Positions 1-12,237 of a DNA stretch of 54,364 nt are shown in pieces. The position numbers and the translations under genes were made by a program. The first letter of the stretch is position 1, and the number at the start of each line of letters is the position of its first letter. Origin of the DNA: Paramoeba atlantica (Eukaryota; Protista; Discosea); NCBI GenBank assembly GCA_977017575.1, contig CDRNVI010000180.1:1-54364 (forward strand), written 5' to 3'. The notes below the pieces were generated by a model. The model saw nothing but the letters and a program-made list of their open reading frames with translations. It did no database searches and was not told the DNA's origin.

Positions 1-483
1 AAAGAGAGGTTTTGGAGAAAAAAAAAAGAAAAACGGATTGTTCCTTTATCCAGCCCCCACCTATTAATTTGTATGTAAAAAACCATACCACAAAAAAAAC
101 CCTTGGATTTTTTTTTGGAGATTCTTTTTTTTCTTTAAAACCTCTCTTTCTCTTTTTTCTCTTTTGGTGATCTTTGTTGGAGTTTTGGTTGACTTTTTTC
201 ATTCCTTTTCTTTTCTTTTCTTTTTCTTATTCTTTTTTGTGTTTATTCTTTTTTGGTTCCTCTCTCTCACCTTTGATTTTTTTCAAACAGAATCAACCCC
301 TTCCCTTCTCTTCTTTCCTTCTTTCTTTCTCTTCTTTCTCTCTCAACTTTTTTGAGATTGTTGTTTTGGTTTGTTTTTCTTTCTTTTTTCTCTTTCTTTT
401 CTTTTTCTTTTTGTTTCTCTTCCTTTTGATTTTTTACTTTCTTATTTCTTTTTTGTTATTGTGATTTCTCTTTGTGCAGAAAA

Positions 484-2846
484 ATGAGCGATAAAGGGGG
501 AAAAAGAAAGAGAGGAGGAACAGAACTAGAAACTGAGAAAAGAAGAAAAACAAAAAGAGGAAAGAAAGATCAAATTGATGGTGATGATGTTGTTGTTGTT
601 GTGATTGAGAATGAACAAGAAAGAGAAAGAAGTGAAGATGTTCTTGGAAAGAGAGAACAAGAAGGAGAACAAGAAGAAAGAGAAGAGGTGGTGAAGAGAA
701 GAAGAGAGAAAGAAGAAGGAGAAGAAATGAGGGAGAAAAAGAAAAGATTTGAGTGTGGAATATGTTTGGAATTGATGAGTTGGGAAAAAGAACCAAAGAT
801 ATTACCTTGTTGTACTCTTTCTTTTTGTTTTCTTTGTCTTAACAAACTCTTTCTTCTTCAAAATCCATCCACAACTTCTCCTTCTTCTTCTCCCTCCTCC
901 TCTCCTTCTTCTTTGTCTTCATGTTCTCCTTCTTCTTCATGTCCGTCTTCTTCGTCTTTGTCTTCATCTTCGTCTTCGTCTTCATCTCCTTCAATATCCT
1001 CTGAAAAGAAGAAGAAAGGAGTGAAATGTCCAGTGTGTAGAAAAGTGAATGAATGTGAAAGAATTGAAACACTGGATACAAATTATTTGATTCCAGAAAC
1101 AATTGATATTCTTATTTCTTCTTCTTCTTCTTCCAATTCATTTTCGTTGTTTTCACAACCTTCCTCCAATCAATCAAGTTTTTATTTTTTGTTCTTCTCT
1201 TTTCCATTTTTCTCTTTCTTTTGATTTTTTTCTTGATGTTTTCTCAATTTTTGAATGTTTTTATTTTGTTTTATGTTTGTTTCTCTCTATTTATTTTATA
1301 AATTCAAATTTGAAAAATAGAAGAACATTGTGGAATGGAATGTGTGAATTATAAAACGTGTGGAGAACAAACTGAAATGTTTTGTTCCATTTGTAACATG
1401 TTTATTTGTGATTCTTGTGATCCATCTCACACTTCAACTATTTTCTCTCAACATCACAAACGATTACCTCAACAACACACCTCCAACACTCCTAACACTC
1501 CTAACACTCCTAACATCAACATTTTATCAGGGGGTGATGGGGAATTGAAAAAGAGAGAATGTTCAAAACATCCATCTGAGTTGATTTGTGGATATTGTTT
1601 TGAATGTTGTACTCTTGTTTGTATTCGTTGTGCTCTTGAAACACATGGTAATCACAAAGAGAAAGTTCAAGCGATTGAAGAGAGTGTTTTGAAGAAAAGG
1701 GATGAATTTGTAAAGATTGGAGATGGGTTGGAGAAAAGATTGATTGAGATTGAAGAGAAAAGAAAAGAGATTGAAGAAGAAATGAAAGAATTGGAAAAGA
1801 AATTAGAAAAGAAAAGAATTGAAAAGAAAGAAATAGAATTGGAGAAAGAAGATTTGAGAATAAGAAAAGATTCAATCATTCGTTTATCCAACACACCATC
1901 TGATGTTTCTCTTTTTGATGATCAACTTTTTTCAACTCTCCTTCAAACAGCAAACGATATTGTTTCTGAAGGAGGAGTTGGATTAAAACGAAAGAAAGGA
2001 GTGATTTGTTGTGATGGTGATTCTTTTCGTTTTGTTTCTTCTTTTCCTTTGAAGAGCAAACCTCGTGGAGTGAGTGTGAGCGGTGATGGGAATATTTTTA
2101 TTTGTGAACCTGAGAGTGGATTGAGAGTGAGAGACAAAGAAGGAAATGAGATGATTGATTCAACAATTCAGAAAACAATTGATTCACTTCATTTGAAACC
2201 TTTTGATGTTTCAATTGGATTGAATGATCAAATTGTTGTTCTTGATTGGTCTCAAGATAGGAATAGAGTTGTAATATTAAACAAAGAAGGAGAATTGATG
2301 AAATCGTTTGGATCAAAAGGTTCTCGACATGGTCAGTTCAACAACCCATTTGGAGTGGGTGTAGATGGAGAAGGTCGAATTATTGTTTCTGACACTTACA
2401 ATCACCGAATTGAAGTGTTTGAGAATGATGGATCTTTTATTCGATCTTTTGGTTCAAAAGGTTCTTCTGAAGCTCAATTTAACTATCCTTCTGGTGTTGT
2501 AGTTGATGGAGATGGGAATATTGTTGTTTCTGATTGGGGGAATCATCGAATTCAAGTGATAGATATTGAAGGGAATTTTATTCAATGTTTTGGAACAAGT
2601 GGTTCAGGTGATTCTCAATTATATTGTCCAACAGGTGTTAATGTGGATGGGGAAGGTAGAATTGTTGTTTGTGAAGGAGGAAATGGAAGAGTGAGTGTGT
2701 TTGAGAAAGATGGAACTTTTCTTTTTTCATTTGGTAAAGATCGAATGAAGAAACCTCGTGGGATTGTTGTTGATTCATTTGGAACAATTATTGTTTCAGA
2801 TTTGAAGAAAAAGTCAATTGAATTTTGGAATTGTTTTTTCATTTGA
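484..2846 (+). CDS. TRIM-NHL-like protein, copy 1 (RING, two B-box-like Zn motifs, coiled coil, NHL repeats); 2 exons (484-1177, 1321-2846)
   Basis: Exon 1 encodes CGIC..PCC..FCFLC..[Ser-rich]..CPVC (RING-like). A phase-1 GT-AG intron at 1178-1320 joins it in frame to B-box motifs (CSICNMFICDSC..H; CSKH..CFEC..VCIRC..H.H), a K/E coiled coil and NHL repeats (GQFNNPFGVGVDGEGRIIVSDTYNHRIEVF). Confidence 0.85.
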
Positions 2847-3305
2847 AAAAAAGACTTTTCTCTTTTATATTTTTTATTTTGTTCTGTTTCTTTTCTTTTC
2901 TTTTCTTTTTTTTTTGACTGAATATTTCCCTTCCCCACACAATATTATTGTCAGATGTCCCTTTGATTTTGCGAGCACATGACAACAAAAATGATCGATT
3001 CCCCCAAAAAAAGACTCAAATCCCCTCTCCAACTCTCCCCTCATCTCCTCTCGTGTCGAGTTGTTGTTGTCTCGCGAATTCGTTTCTTTGTTTCCTCTCT
3101 CTCTTTGATCTCTTTGGTCTCTTTAACGTGAAAAAACATTCAGCAAAAAATCAAACAAAACATAAACAAAAATTACCAGACAACCTCCTATTTTTTTTGA
3201 TTGTACCATCTCCAAGAATTTGATATCTATTGAGAAAATTTTAGTGCAAAGGAAAAAGCAAAAAGAAAAAAGTGGATAAAATAAAATCAAAGTTGCTCCT
3301 CCTTC

Positions 3306-3774
3306 TTGGATAATGTAATTGAGAATCACCTGAACCTCTTGTTCCAAAACATCAAATCAAATTCCCTTCAATATCTATCACTTGAATTTGATGGTTCCCA
3401 TAATCAGAAACAACAATATTCCCATCTCCATCAACTACAACACACCAAGGATAGTAACCTCCCTCGGTGATGATAAAGGAGAAGAAGAGGGAGGAGAAGA
3501 CGAAGAAGAAGAAGAAGTTGTGGATGGATTTTGAAGAAGTTCTTTTTCTTCTCTTTCTTCTTGTTCTCCTTCTTGTTCTTTCTTTCCAAGAACGTCTTCA
3601 CTTCTTTCTCTTCGTTCCTCTTCATCATCATCATCCTCAACAATTGAAACAATATGAGAAACATCATCATCATCATTTTGTTCTTTCTTTCCTCTTTTTG
3701 TTTTTCTTTTCCGCTTCATCAGCACCCCCACTTTTCACCATGACTTCTCTCTTTCTTTTTCCTCTTCCTCTCAT
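3306..3774 (-). pseudogene. Inverted, internally deleted relic of the TRIM-NHL gene
   Basis: The minus strand reads KTKRGKKEQ..ERSEDVLGKKEQEGEQEEREE fused directly to LLQNPSTTSSS, so the RING core is missing. It then jumps to an NHL-repeat fragment (3306-3443) closely matching about 2496-2630. Confidence 0.85.
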
Positions 3775-4521
3775 CTTATTTTGAACTCAAACAACAAAAC
3801 AAAAAAGAGTTTGTCAAATAGAACTTAAGAGAGAGAGAGAGAGAGAGAGATTGGTCAGAAAAAAGAAAACCAACAATCTTTTGGAAAAGGAAGAAGAAGA
3901 AGAAGAAAAAGGAAGAAGAAAAAAGAACCTCACACAAAAAGATTTCTCTTCAAAAACAAAAATCCAAAAAAAAAAGAATCTCCAAAAAAAAAAATACAAA
4001 ATCAAAAAAAGGGTTTATTTTTTGTGGTATGGTTTTTTTACATACAAATTAATATGTGAGGGTGGAATAAAGGAACAATCTGTTTTTCTTTTTTTTTCTC
4101 TCCAAACCCTCTCTTTCTCTTTTTTCTCTCTCTCTTTTCTCTCTCTCTCTCTTTCTCTTTTTGTTTTGGTGATCTTTGTTGGAATTTTGGTTGACTTTTT
4201 TTTCTTTTTCTTTTTCTTTTTCTGTCTTCTTTCTTTTTTGGTTCCTCTCTCTCACCTCTGATTTTTTCAACAGAATCAACCCCTTCTCTTCTCTTCTTTC
4301 CTTCCCTTCTTCTTTCTCTTCTTTCTCTCTCTCAACTTTTTTGAGATTGTTGTTTTGGTTTGTTTTTCTTTCTTTTTTCTCTTTCTTTTCTTTTTCTTTT
4401 CTTATTTCTTTTCTTTTCTTTTTGTTTCTCTTCCTTTTGATTTTTTAAAAGAGTTGTTCTCACTTTCTTATTTCTTTTATTTTTTGTTGTGATTTCTCTT
4501 TTTTTGTTGTTGTGCAGAAAA

Positions 4522-6884
4522 ATGAGCGAACAAAGAGGAAAAAGAAAGAGAGGAGGAACAGAACTAGAAACTGAGAAAAAAAGAAAAACAAAAAGAGGAA
4601 AGAAAGATCAAATTGATGGTGATGATGTTGTTGTTGTGATTGAGAATGAACAAGAAAGAGAAAGAAGTGAAGATGTTCTTGGAAAGAGAGAACAAGAACA
4701 AGAAGGAGAAGAAAGAGAACAAGTGGTGATGGCAAAGAGAAGAGAAGACAAAGAACGAAAAGAAGAAGAAGAAGAAGAAAGGAGGGAGAAAAAGAAAAGA
4801 TTTGAATGTGGGATATGTTTGGAATTGATGAGTTGGGAAAAAGAACCAAAGATATTACCTTGTTGTACTCTTTCTTTTTGTTTTCTTTGTCTTAACAAAC
4901 TCTTTCTTCTTCAAAACCCATCCACAACTTCTTCTTCTTCATCTTCTCCCTCATCTTGTCCTTCTCCTTCTCCTTCTCCTTCTCCTTCGTCCTCATCACC
5001 ACCTTCTTCTTCGTCTTCTTCGTCTTCAACTTCAAGTTCTCCTTCTTCATCTTCGTGTCCTTCTTCCTCTGAAAAGAAGAAGAAAGGAGTGAAATGTCCA
5101 GTGTGTAGATGTGTGAATGAATATGAAAGAATTGAAACCCTCCAAACGAATTATTTAATTCCAGAAACAATTGATATTCTTCTTTCTTCAAATGTGGTGG
5201 TGGTCTCTTCTTCTTCCAAACAACAACCAACTTCAAGTTTCCTCTTTTTTTTTTTTTTTTTTAGATTTGTGTTTTGTTTCTTTGTTATTTTGATGAATTG
5301 TTTCAAGATGTCTGACTTTTCTTTTTTGAACAAACAAAAACAAAAACAAAAACAAAATAGAGGAGGAAAGGAAATGTGTGAATTTTGAAAGTTGTGGAAA
5401 ACAAACTCGAATGTATTGTTCTGATTGTAATCTCTTCATTTGCGATTCTTGTGATTCTTTTCACTCAACATCAATTTTCTCTCGAAATCACAAACGAACT
5501 GATGAATATCAAATTAAGAGTTGTGGCGATAATGGTGGTGATTGTGATTGTGATGTTGGTGATGATGGATTGTTGGGATTAGAGAAATTGAAAAAGAGAG
5601 AATGTTCAAAACATCCATCTGAGTTGATTTGTGGATATTGTTTTGAATGTTGTACTCTTGTTTGTATTCGTTGTGTTCTTGAAACACATGATGATCACAG
5701 AAAGAAGGTGAATTTTCTTGAAGAGAGTGTTTTGAAGAAAAGGGATGAAGTTGTAAAGATTGGAGATGGGTTGGAGAAAAGATTGAATGTAATTGAAGAG
5801 AAAAGAAAAGAGATTGAAGAAGAAATGAAAGAATTGGAAAAGAAATTAGAAAAGAAAAGAATTGAAAAGAAAGAAATAGAATTGGAGAAAGAAGATTTGA
5901 GAATAAGAAAAGATTCAATTATTCGTTTATCCAACACACCATCTGATGTTTCTCTTTTTGATGATCAACTTTTTTCAACTCTTCTTCAAACTGCAAATGA
6001 TATTGTTTCTGAAAGAGGAGTTGGATTGCCAGAACGAAAGAAAGGAGTGATTCGTTGTGATAGTGATTCATTTCGTTTTGTTTCTTCATTTTCTTTGAAG
6101 AACAAACCTGGTGGAGTGAGTGTGAACAGTGATGGGAATATTTTTATTTGTGAACCTGAGAGTGGATTGAGAGTAAGAGACAAAGAAGGAAATGAGATGA
6201 TTAAATCAACAATTCAGAAAACAATTGATTCACTTCATTTGAAACCTGTTGATGTTTCAATTGGATTGAATGATCAAATTGTTGTTCTTGATCAGTCTCG
6301 AGAAGATGGTTGTAGAGTTGTAATATTAAACAAAGAAGGAGAATTGATCAAATCATTTGGATCATATGGTTTTCAAGATGGTCAGTTTTATGCACCATTT
6401 GGAGTGGATGTAGATGGAGAAGGTCGGATTATTGTTTCTGACACATTGAATCACCGAATTGAAGTGTTTGAGAATGATGGATCTTTTATTCGATCTTTTG
6501 GTTCAAAAAGGTTCTTCTGAAGCTCAATTTAACTGTCCTTGTGGTGTTGTAGTTGATAGAGATGGGAATATTGTTGTTTCTGAGCTTGGGAATAATCGAA
6601 TTCAAGTGATAGATATTGAAGGGAATTTTATTCGATGTTTTGGAACAGAAGGTTTAGGTGATTCTCAATTACGTTCTCCACTGGGTGTTGATGTGGATGG
6701 GGAAGGTAGAATTGTTGTTTGTGAAGAAGGAAATAGAAGAGTGAGTGTGTTTGAGAAAGATGGAACTTTTCTTTTTTCATTTGGTAAAGATCGAATGAAG
6801 AAACCTCGTGGGATTGTTGTTGATTCATTTGGAACAATTATTGTTTCAGATTTGATCAATAAGTCAATTGAATTGTGGTATTAA
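4522..6884 (+). CDS. TRIM-NHL-like protein, copy 2, with a +1 frameshift at about 6505-6509 (pseudogene, truncated allele or sequencing error)
   Basis: Same architecture and same phase-1 intron (5237-5360) as copy 1. It has GGTTCAAAAAG (5 A) where copy 1 has GGTTCAAAAG (4 A), which splits the NHL region into ORFs 5378-6520 and 6459-6884. Confidence 0.8.
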
Positions 6885-7376
6885 TTTGAATGGGTTGGTA
6901 ACTTTGTTTAATTTTTGATTGTTTTTTATTTTGTTTTTTTGATTTTCTCTGACATTTTCCTGTTTTGTTTTTTCTTTTCTTGATGCGAATTAGATTTTTT
7001 CTTCTAATTATTTTTTTGCAAATCAGTTTTTAATGGAAAATAGCTCTGTGGTTTGTTCTCTCGTTGCGCTGCCAAGATTCTGATAAAAGCAGCCTTTGAT
7101 TCTTGTGAAAAAGAAAAAGAAAAAAAAAATGGATTTTTGAATTTTTTTAATCTCCTTCACTGTTCCACCAAAACAATAAGATCAAAATAAAGTAAATCAA
7201 ATTGTGCTCACTACCAATCCCTTCAGATCAACCATCCCTTTTTATCCATCATCCTTTAAGAAAATTAGGAGAAAACTCACGGAAATGGGATCGCAAATTT
7301 TTCACTCTTTCTTTTTCTGTTTCCGTTGCTTGACAAAGCGGGAGGAGAGCATATTTCTGTGAGGAGGGAGAATGCG

Positions 7377-10300
7377 ATGACTGAGCGAGGGAAGAAGTCG
7401 TCTCGGAAAGAAGAGAAAAAAAACTGGCTCGTTACGATCCTTGGGAAAGAGGGGAAAGAGGGGAAAGAGGGGAAAGAGGGGAAAGAGGGGAAAGAAAAGG
7501 ATTTTCTTGATCCTGGAAAAGAGACGTCTCTTACATCTTCAACTTCCCCTTCTTCGAAACTGATCCTCTCGCCAAGAAAAAGAGAAAGAGAAAGAAAGGC
7601 CAAAAAAGGGGCAAAGAAAACCAAACGGGTTGCAGCTCGACTCAGTCTGTTAGGAGAGAGAGAGAAGGGGGATTGTCGTGTTGGTGATGATGCACCGGTC
7701 ACCCGCCACACATCATCATCACCCCCTCAAACTCTTTATGAGAATCCTTTCTCTTCTTCTTCTGTATCAACTCCACTCTCTGATCGCGCCCCACGACCCC
7801 CTCCATTTTCTTCTTCTTCTTCTTCTTTTTCAATCTCTTCTCTTCGAAAATCACGAGAATCCAAAAAATCTTCACCAAAAAGTAAAAAGAGAGACAGTAC
7901 TCTGAAAGAAGACCAAAAGACATATCTCAACCCTTTTTCAGAAGGTGGAAAAGTTGCTTCTCTCTCTATCTCTTGTAATGATGGAGCCACTCAAACAGAT
8001 TATCAAAACCCCTTCTCTGACACTTTCCTCCCACAATCTCGAGAGATTGGACAAACACCGACAATAACAACAACAAAACCTCGAACAAGAGTCAAAAGAG
8101 GGTACACACTTTCTGGGTCAACAATACACAAAAATCTTCCAAATGCCAATTCCAAAACAACATCATCATCAACAACAGCTCCTTCATCTCTCTCTCCAAC
8201 ACTAACTCGATCAGCCACAACGTCAAATCGTCTTCTTGTTGGTTTCTCAGCCCTCAAGAAAACAAACCGAACAAATTCTCCTTCAAATCGAACAAACTCT
8301 CCTTTTTCAAATCAAACCACTTCCCCAAGAACAATTTCTCCTTCTCCTTCAAATCGAACCACTTCTCCTTCTCCTTCAAATCGAACCAATTCTCTTTTCA
8401 ACCGAACCAATTCCCGAACCATTTCTCCTTCTCCTTCAAATCGAACAGGTTCTCTTTTGAATCGAACAATCTCCGATCATACAACAAGAACAACTTCAGA
8501 TCAAGCACATTCTCCAGAGCGAACAAATTCAATTTTCTTATATTCTCCTGAGCATGGAGCGCTCTCTCCAACAAAATCTCCAACAAAATCTCCAACAAAA
8601 TCTCCAACAAAAAGAAAGAATTCTTCTTTATCACAAATAGAATTTAATCTTTCAAATCAAACACTTTTGCTCTCCAAAAAAACGATTTCTTCTCCTTATG
8701 AAAAAGCTCTTTCTCTCCCAAAAAGATCACCTCCTTCTCCTTCTCTTCCTCCTTCTCTTTCTTCTTCTCTTTCTCCTTCTCTTTCTCCTTCTCTTTCTCC
8801 TTCTCCTTCTCCTTCTCCTTCTCCTTCTCCTTCTCCTCTTGGATGGGCCCGACATAACGCTTCTCCTTCTTCTTCTTCTGTCTCTTCTCATTCTTCTTCT
8901 CCTCTTCCGATAAGAAAACAAAGATCTTTAACTCCATCACAACAAAGAGAAAGTCCTTTGCTCAAAGGACGAAACTTTTCTTTTCAGATCCAAAATCGAG
9001 AACTTGGAGAGAGAGAAGAAAGAGAGAGAAAAGAAAAAGAGATGAAAGAGAGAGAGAGAAAAAAAGCTGTGGAGTATGAGAATCCGTTTCAACAGGAAGA
9101 GAGGGGGAGAGAAGAAGAGAGTGGGGGCCAAGAAGAATTGAAAGAGAAAGTGAAAATGAAAATGAAAGAGAGAGAGAGAAAAAAAGCTGTTGATTATGAA
9201 AATCCTTTTCAAAGAGAAGAGAAAGAAAAAGAAAAAGAAAAAGAAAAAGAAGAAGAAGAAGAAACAGAAGAGAAAGAAAAGGAATATGAAAACCCATTCC
9301 TCCTGCAAATTTGGGAAAAGAGACAAAAAGAGAGAGAAAGATCCACAAAAGAAAGAGAGAAAGAGAGAGAAAAGAGAGAGAAAGAAGAGTATGAAAATCC
9401 TTTTTTAATGAAAGAAATGATACAAAATGCGAGAAAAATGTCTTGTTCAATACCTTCTTCTCTCTCTCTTTCTTCTTTCTCTTTTCCTCCTGATCTCCCT
9501 TCTTCCCCTCTCTCTCCTTCTTCTTCTCTCCCTCCTCTTCCTTCTTTCTCCCCTTCTTCTCTCTCTCCTTCTTCTCTCTCTCCTTCTTCTCTCTCACCTT
9601 CTTCTCTCTCCCCTTCTTCTCTCCCCCCTTCTTTAAAAAAGAGAGAAGAGAGAGATCCTCTTGCTCTTGGATTTGTTGATTTTTGTTTAATTTCTGCTCG
9701 TTCTTCTCATTTAAGATCTTTTTCTTGTGCAATTGGTTTTTTTTCTCTCTCTTTCTCTTTCTCTATTTCTTGTTCATTCTCCTCATTTCCTTTCTTCTCT
9801 CCTCTCTTCTCTCCTCTCTCTCCCCCTCTTCTCTCTCCCTCTTCTTTTATCTTTCTGTGATAAAAAGGAATGGAAGACAGCTCAGAAGAGATACAATGGT
9901 TTTCATCTCCTGTGGGGAAAAAGAGTTCTTTTTGGGAGTGGAATACTCCTTTTACTTTTGTTACCCGGGGTCTTCCTTCTTTTCAGATTTTGGTGATTAT
10001 TTTATTTTCTTTATTTTCTTTATTTTATTTATATTTATTTTATTTATTTTATTTATTTATGATTAATCAGATTTTGGGATTTTTTTTTGATTTTTTTTTG
10101 AATTTTTTTTGAATTTTTATTTTTATTTATTATTATTATTCTTTTTGGGAGTGGAATACTCCTTTTACTTTTGTTACCCGGGGTCTTCCTTCTTTTCAGA
10201 TTTTGGTAATTATTTTATTTTTATTTTATTTATTTTATTTATTTTTTATTTTATTTATTTCATTTCTTACATTTATTTTATATTTTTTATTCTATTTTTT

Positions 10301-10932
10301 TCGATTTTTTTATATTTATTATTATTCTTCTTTTTGGGAGTGGAATACCCCTTTTACTTTTGTTACCAGGAGTCTTCCTTCTTTTCAGATTTTTGGTTTT
10401 ATTTATTATTATTATTCTTTATTATTATTCTTATTGTTATTATTATTGTTCTTTTTGAATATTTCTTTTGTTTATGTGTTTTTTTTTTCTTTTTCCTTTT
10501 TATTTTCTTTTCTTTTTCTTTTTCTTTTTCTTTTTCTTTTTCTTTTCTTTCTGAAAAAAAACAAGACTAAAAACACCATCTTTCAAAAGCTCCACTCGAC
10601 AGATTTCTTTTCTGTGGATTTATTAGGCCGACGTGTCATTTCTTTTCCTTATTTTGAAGATGGAGAGTGTCACAATATTACTCTTAAGATTAATGTTTCT
10701 TCAAAAGAGAGTTGTGAGGTTTTTTTTTTAATTTTTTTGTTTTTTATTTTTTTTATTTTTTTTTTATTTTTTTTTTATTATTTTTTTATTTTTTTATTTT
10801 TTTATTTTTTTTATTTTTTTATTTTTTTATTTTTTTATTTTTTATTTTTTATTTTTTATTTTTTATTTTTTATTTTTTATTTTTTATTTTTTATTTTTAT
10901 TTTTATTTTTTATTTTTTAATTTTGTTTTTGT

Positions 10933-10964
<32 letters not shown>

Positions 10965-12206
10965 TTATTATTTCTTTAAAAGAAATATTCTCCTTTCTTT
11001 TTTCTTTTTTCTTTCTCATTTTTTCCCTGATTAATTTATTTCTGATCCAAATCATTTCTTTCTTCTCCCAAATTTTTTTTAATAACTTTTTTTTTCATAA
11101 CATTTTTTTTAATACCATTTTTTTTAATACCATTTTTTTTAATACCATTTTTTTTAATACTATTTTTTTAATACCATTTTTTTTAATACCATTTTTTTAG
11201 ATTTGTTTAAAAATGCAATATGTAAAAAGATCCATGGACGGATTTTTGTCTTATTTGGGGTTTCCTGTTTGGCAATTGCCTCAGAGGTTACAAAGTGGTG
11301 ATGTTCTTTTGTTTGATACAAAGAGAATGGTTTTTTTTCTTTTCTTTCTTCTTTTTTTTCTTTCTTTTTATTTTATTTTATTTTATTTTTATTTTATTTT
11401 ATTTTATTTTATTTATTTTTTGTGAATTATTGTGTAATTTTTTGGGAGAGTTTCTTGTTTGGCAATTGCCTCAGAGGTTACAAAGTGGTGATGTTCTTTT
11501 GTTTGATACTAAGAGAATGGTTTGTTTTATTTTTATTTTATTTTTATTTTATTTTATTTTATTTTTATTTTATTTTATTTTATTTTATTTTATTTATTTT
11601 TTGTGAATTATTGTGTGATTTTTTTTGGGGGTTTCCTGTTTGGCAATTGCCTCAGAGGTTACAAAGTGGTGATGTTCTTTTGTTTGATACAAAGAGAATG
11701 GTTTGTTTTATTTTTATTTTTATTTTTATTTTATTTTTATTTTATTTTTTTATTTTTTTTTGTGAATTATTGTGTAATTTTTTGGGAGAGTTTCTTGTTT
11801 GGCAATTGCCTCAGGGGTTACAAAGTGGTGATGTTCTTTTGTTTGATACAAAGAGAATGGTTTCTTTTCTTTTCTTTCTTTATTTTCTTTATTTTATTTT
11901 ATTTTATTTTTATTTTTATTTTATTTTATTTTTATTTTTATTTTATTTTATTTTTATTTTATTTTTATTTTATTTTTATTTTATTTTTATTTTATTTTTA
12001 TTTTATTTTTATTGTTTTTTTGTGAATTATTGTGTGATTTTTTTTGGGGGGGTTTCCTGTTTGGCAATTGCCTCAGAGATTACAAAGTGGTGATATTCTT
12101 TTGTTTAATATGAGAAGAGAATGGTTTATTTTATTTTGTTTATGTCTTTTTGTTTTTATTTTTATTTTTATTTTTATTTTTATTTTTATTTTTATTTTTA
12201 TTTTTA

Positions 12207-12237
<31 letters not shown>

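Noticed and set aside
6500-6520. Programmed ribosomal frameshift (Euplotes type)
   Set aside because: There is no AAA-TAR site at the shift, the paralogue is in frame, and a single homopolymer indel explains it.
11250-12125. CRISPR-like repeat-spacer array
   Set aside because: The repeats are copies of an exon end with a splice donor, the spacers are T-rich microsatellite, and the context is eukaryotic with no cas genes.
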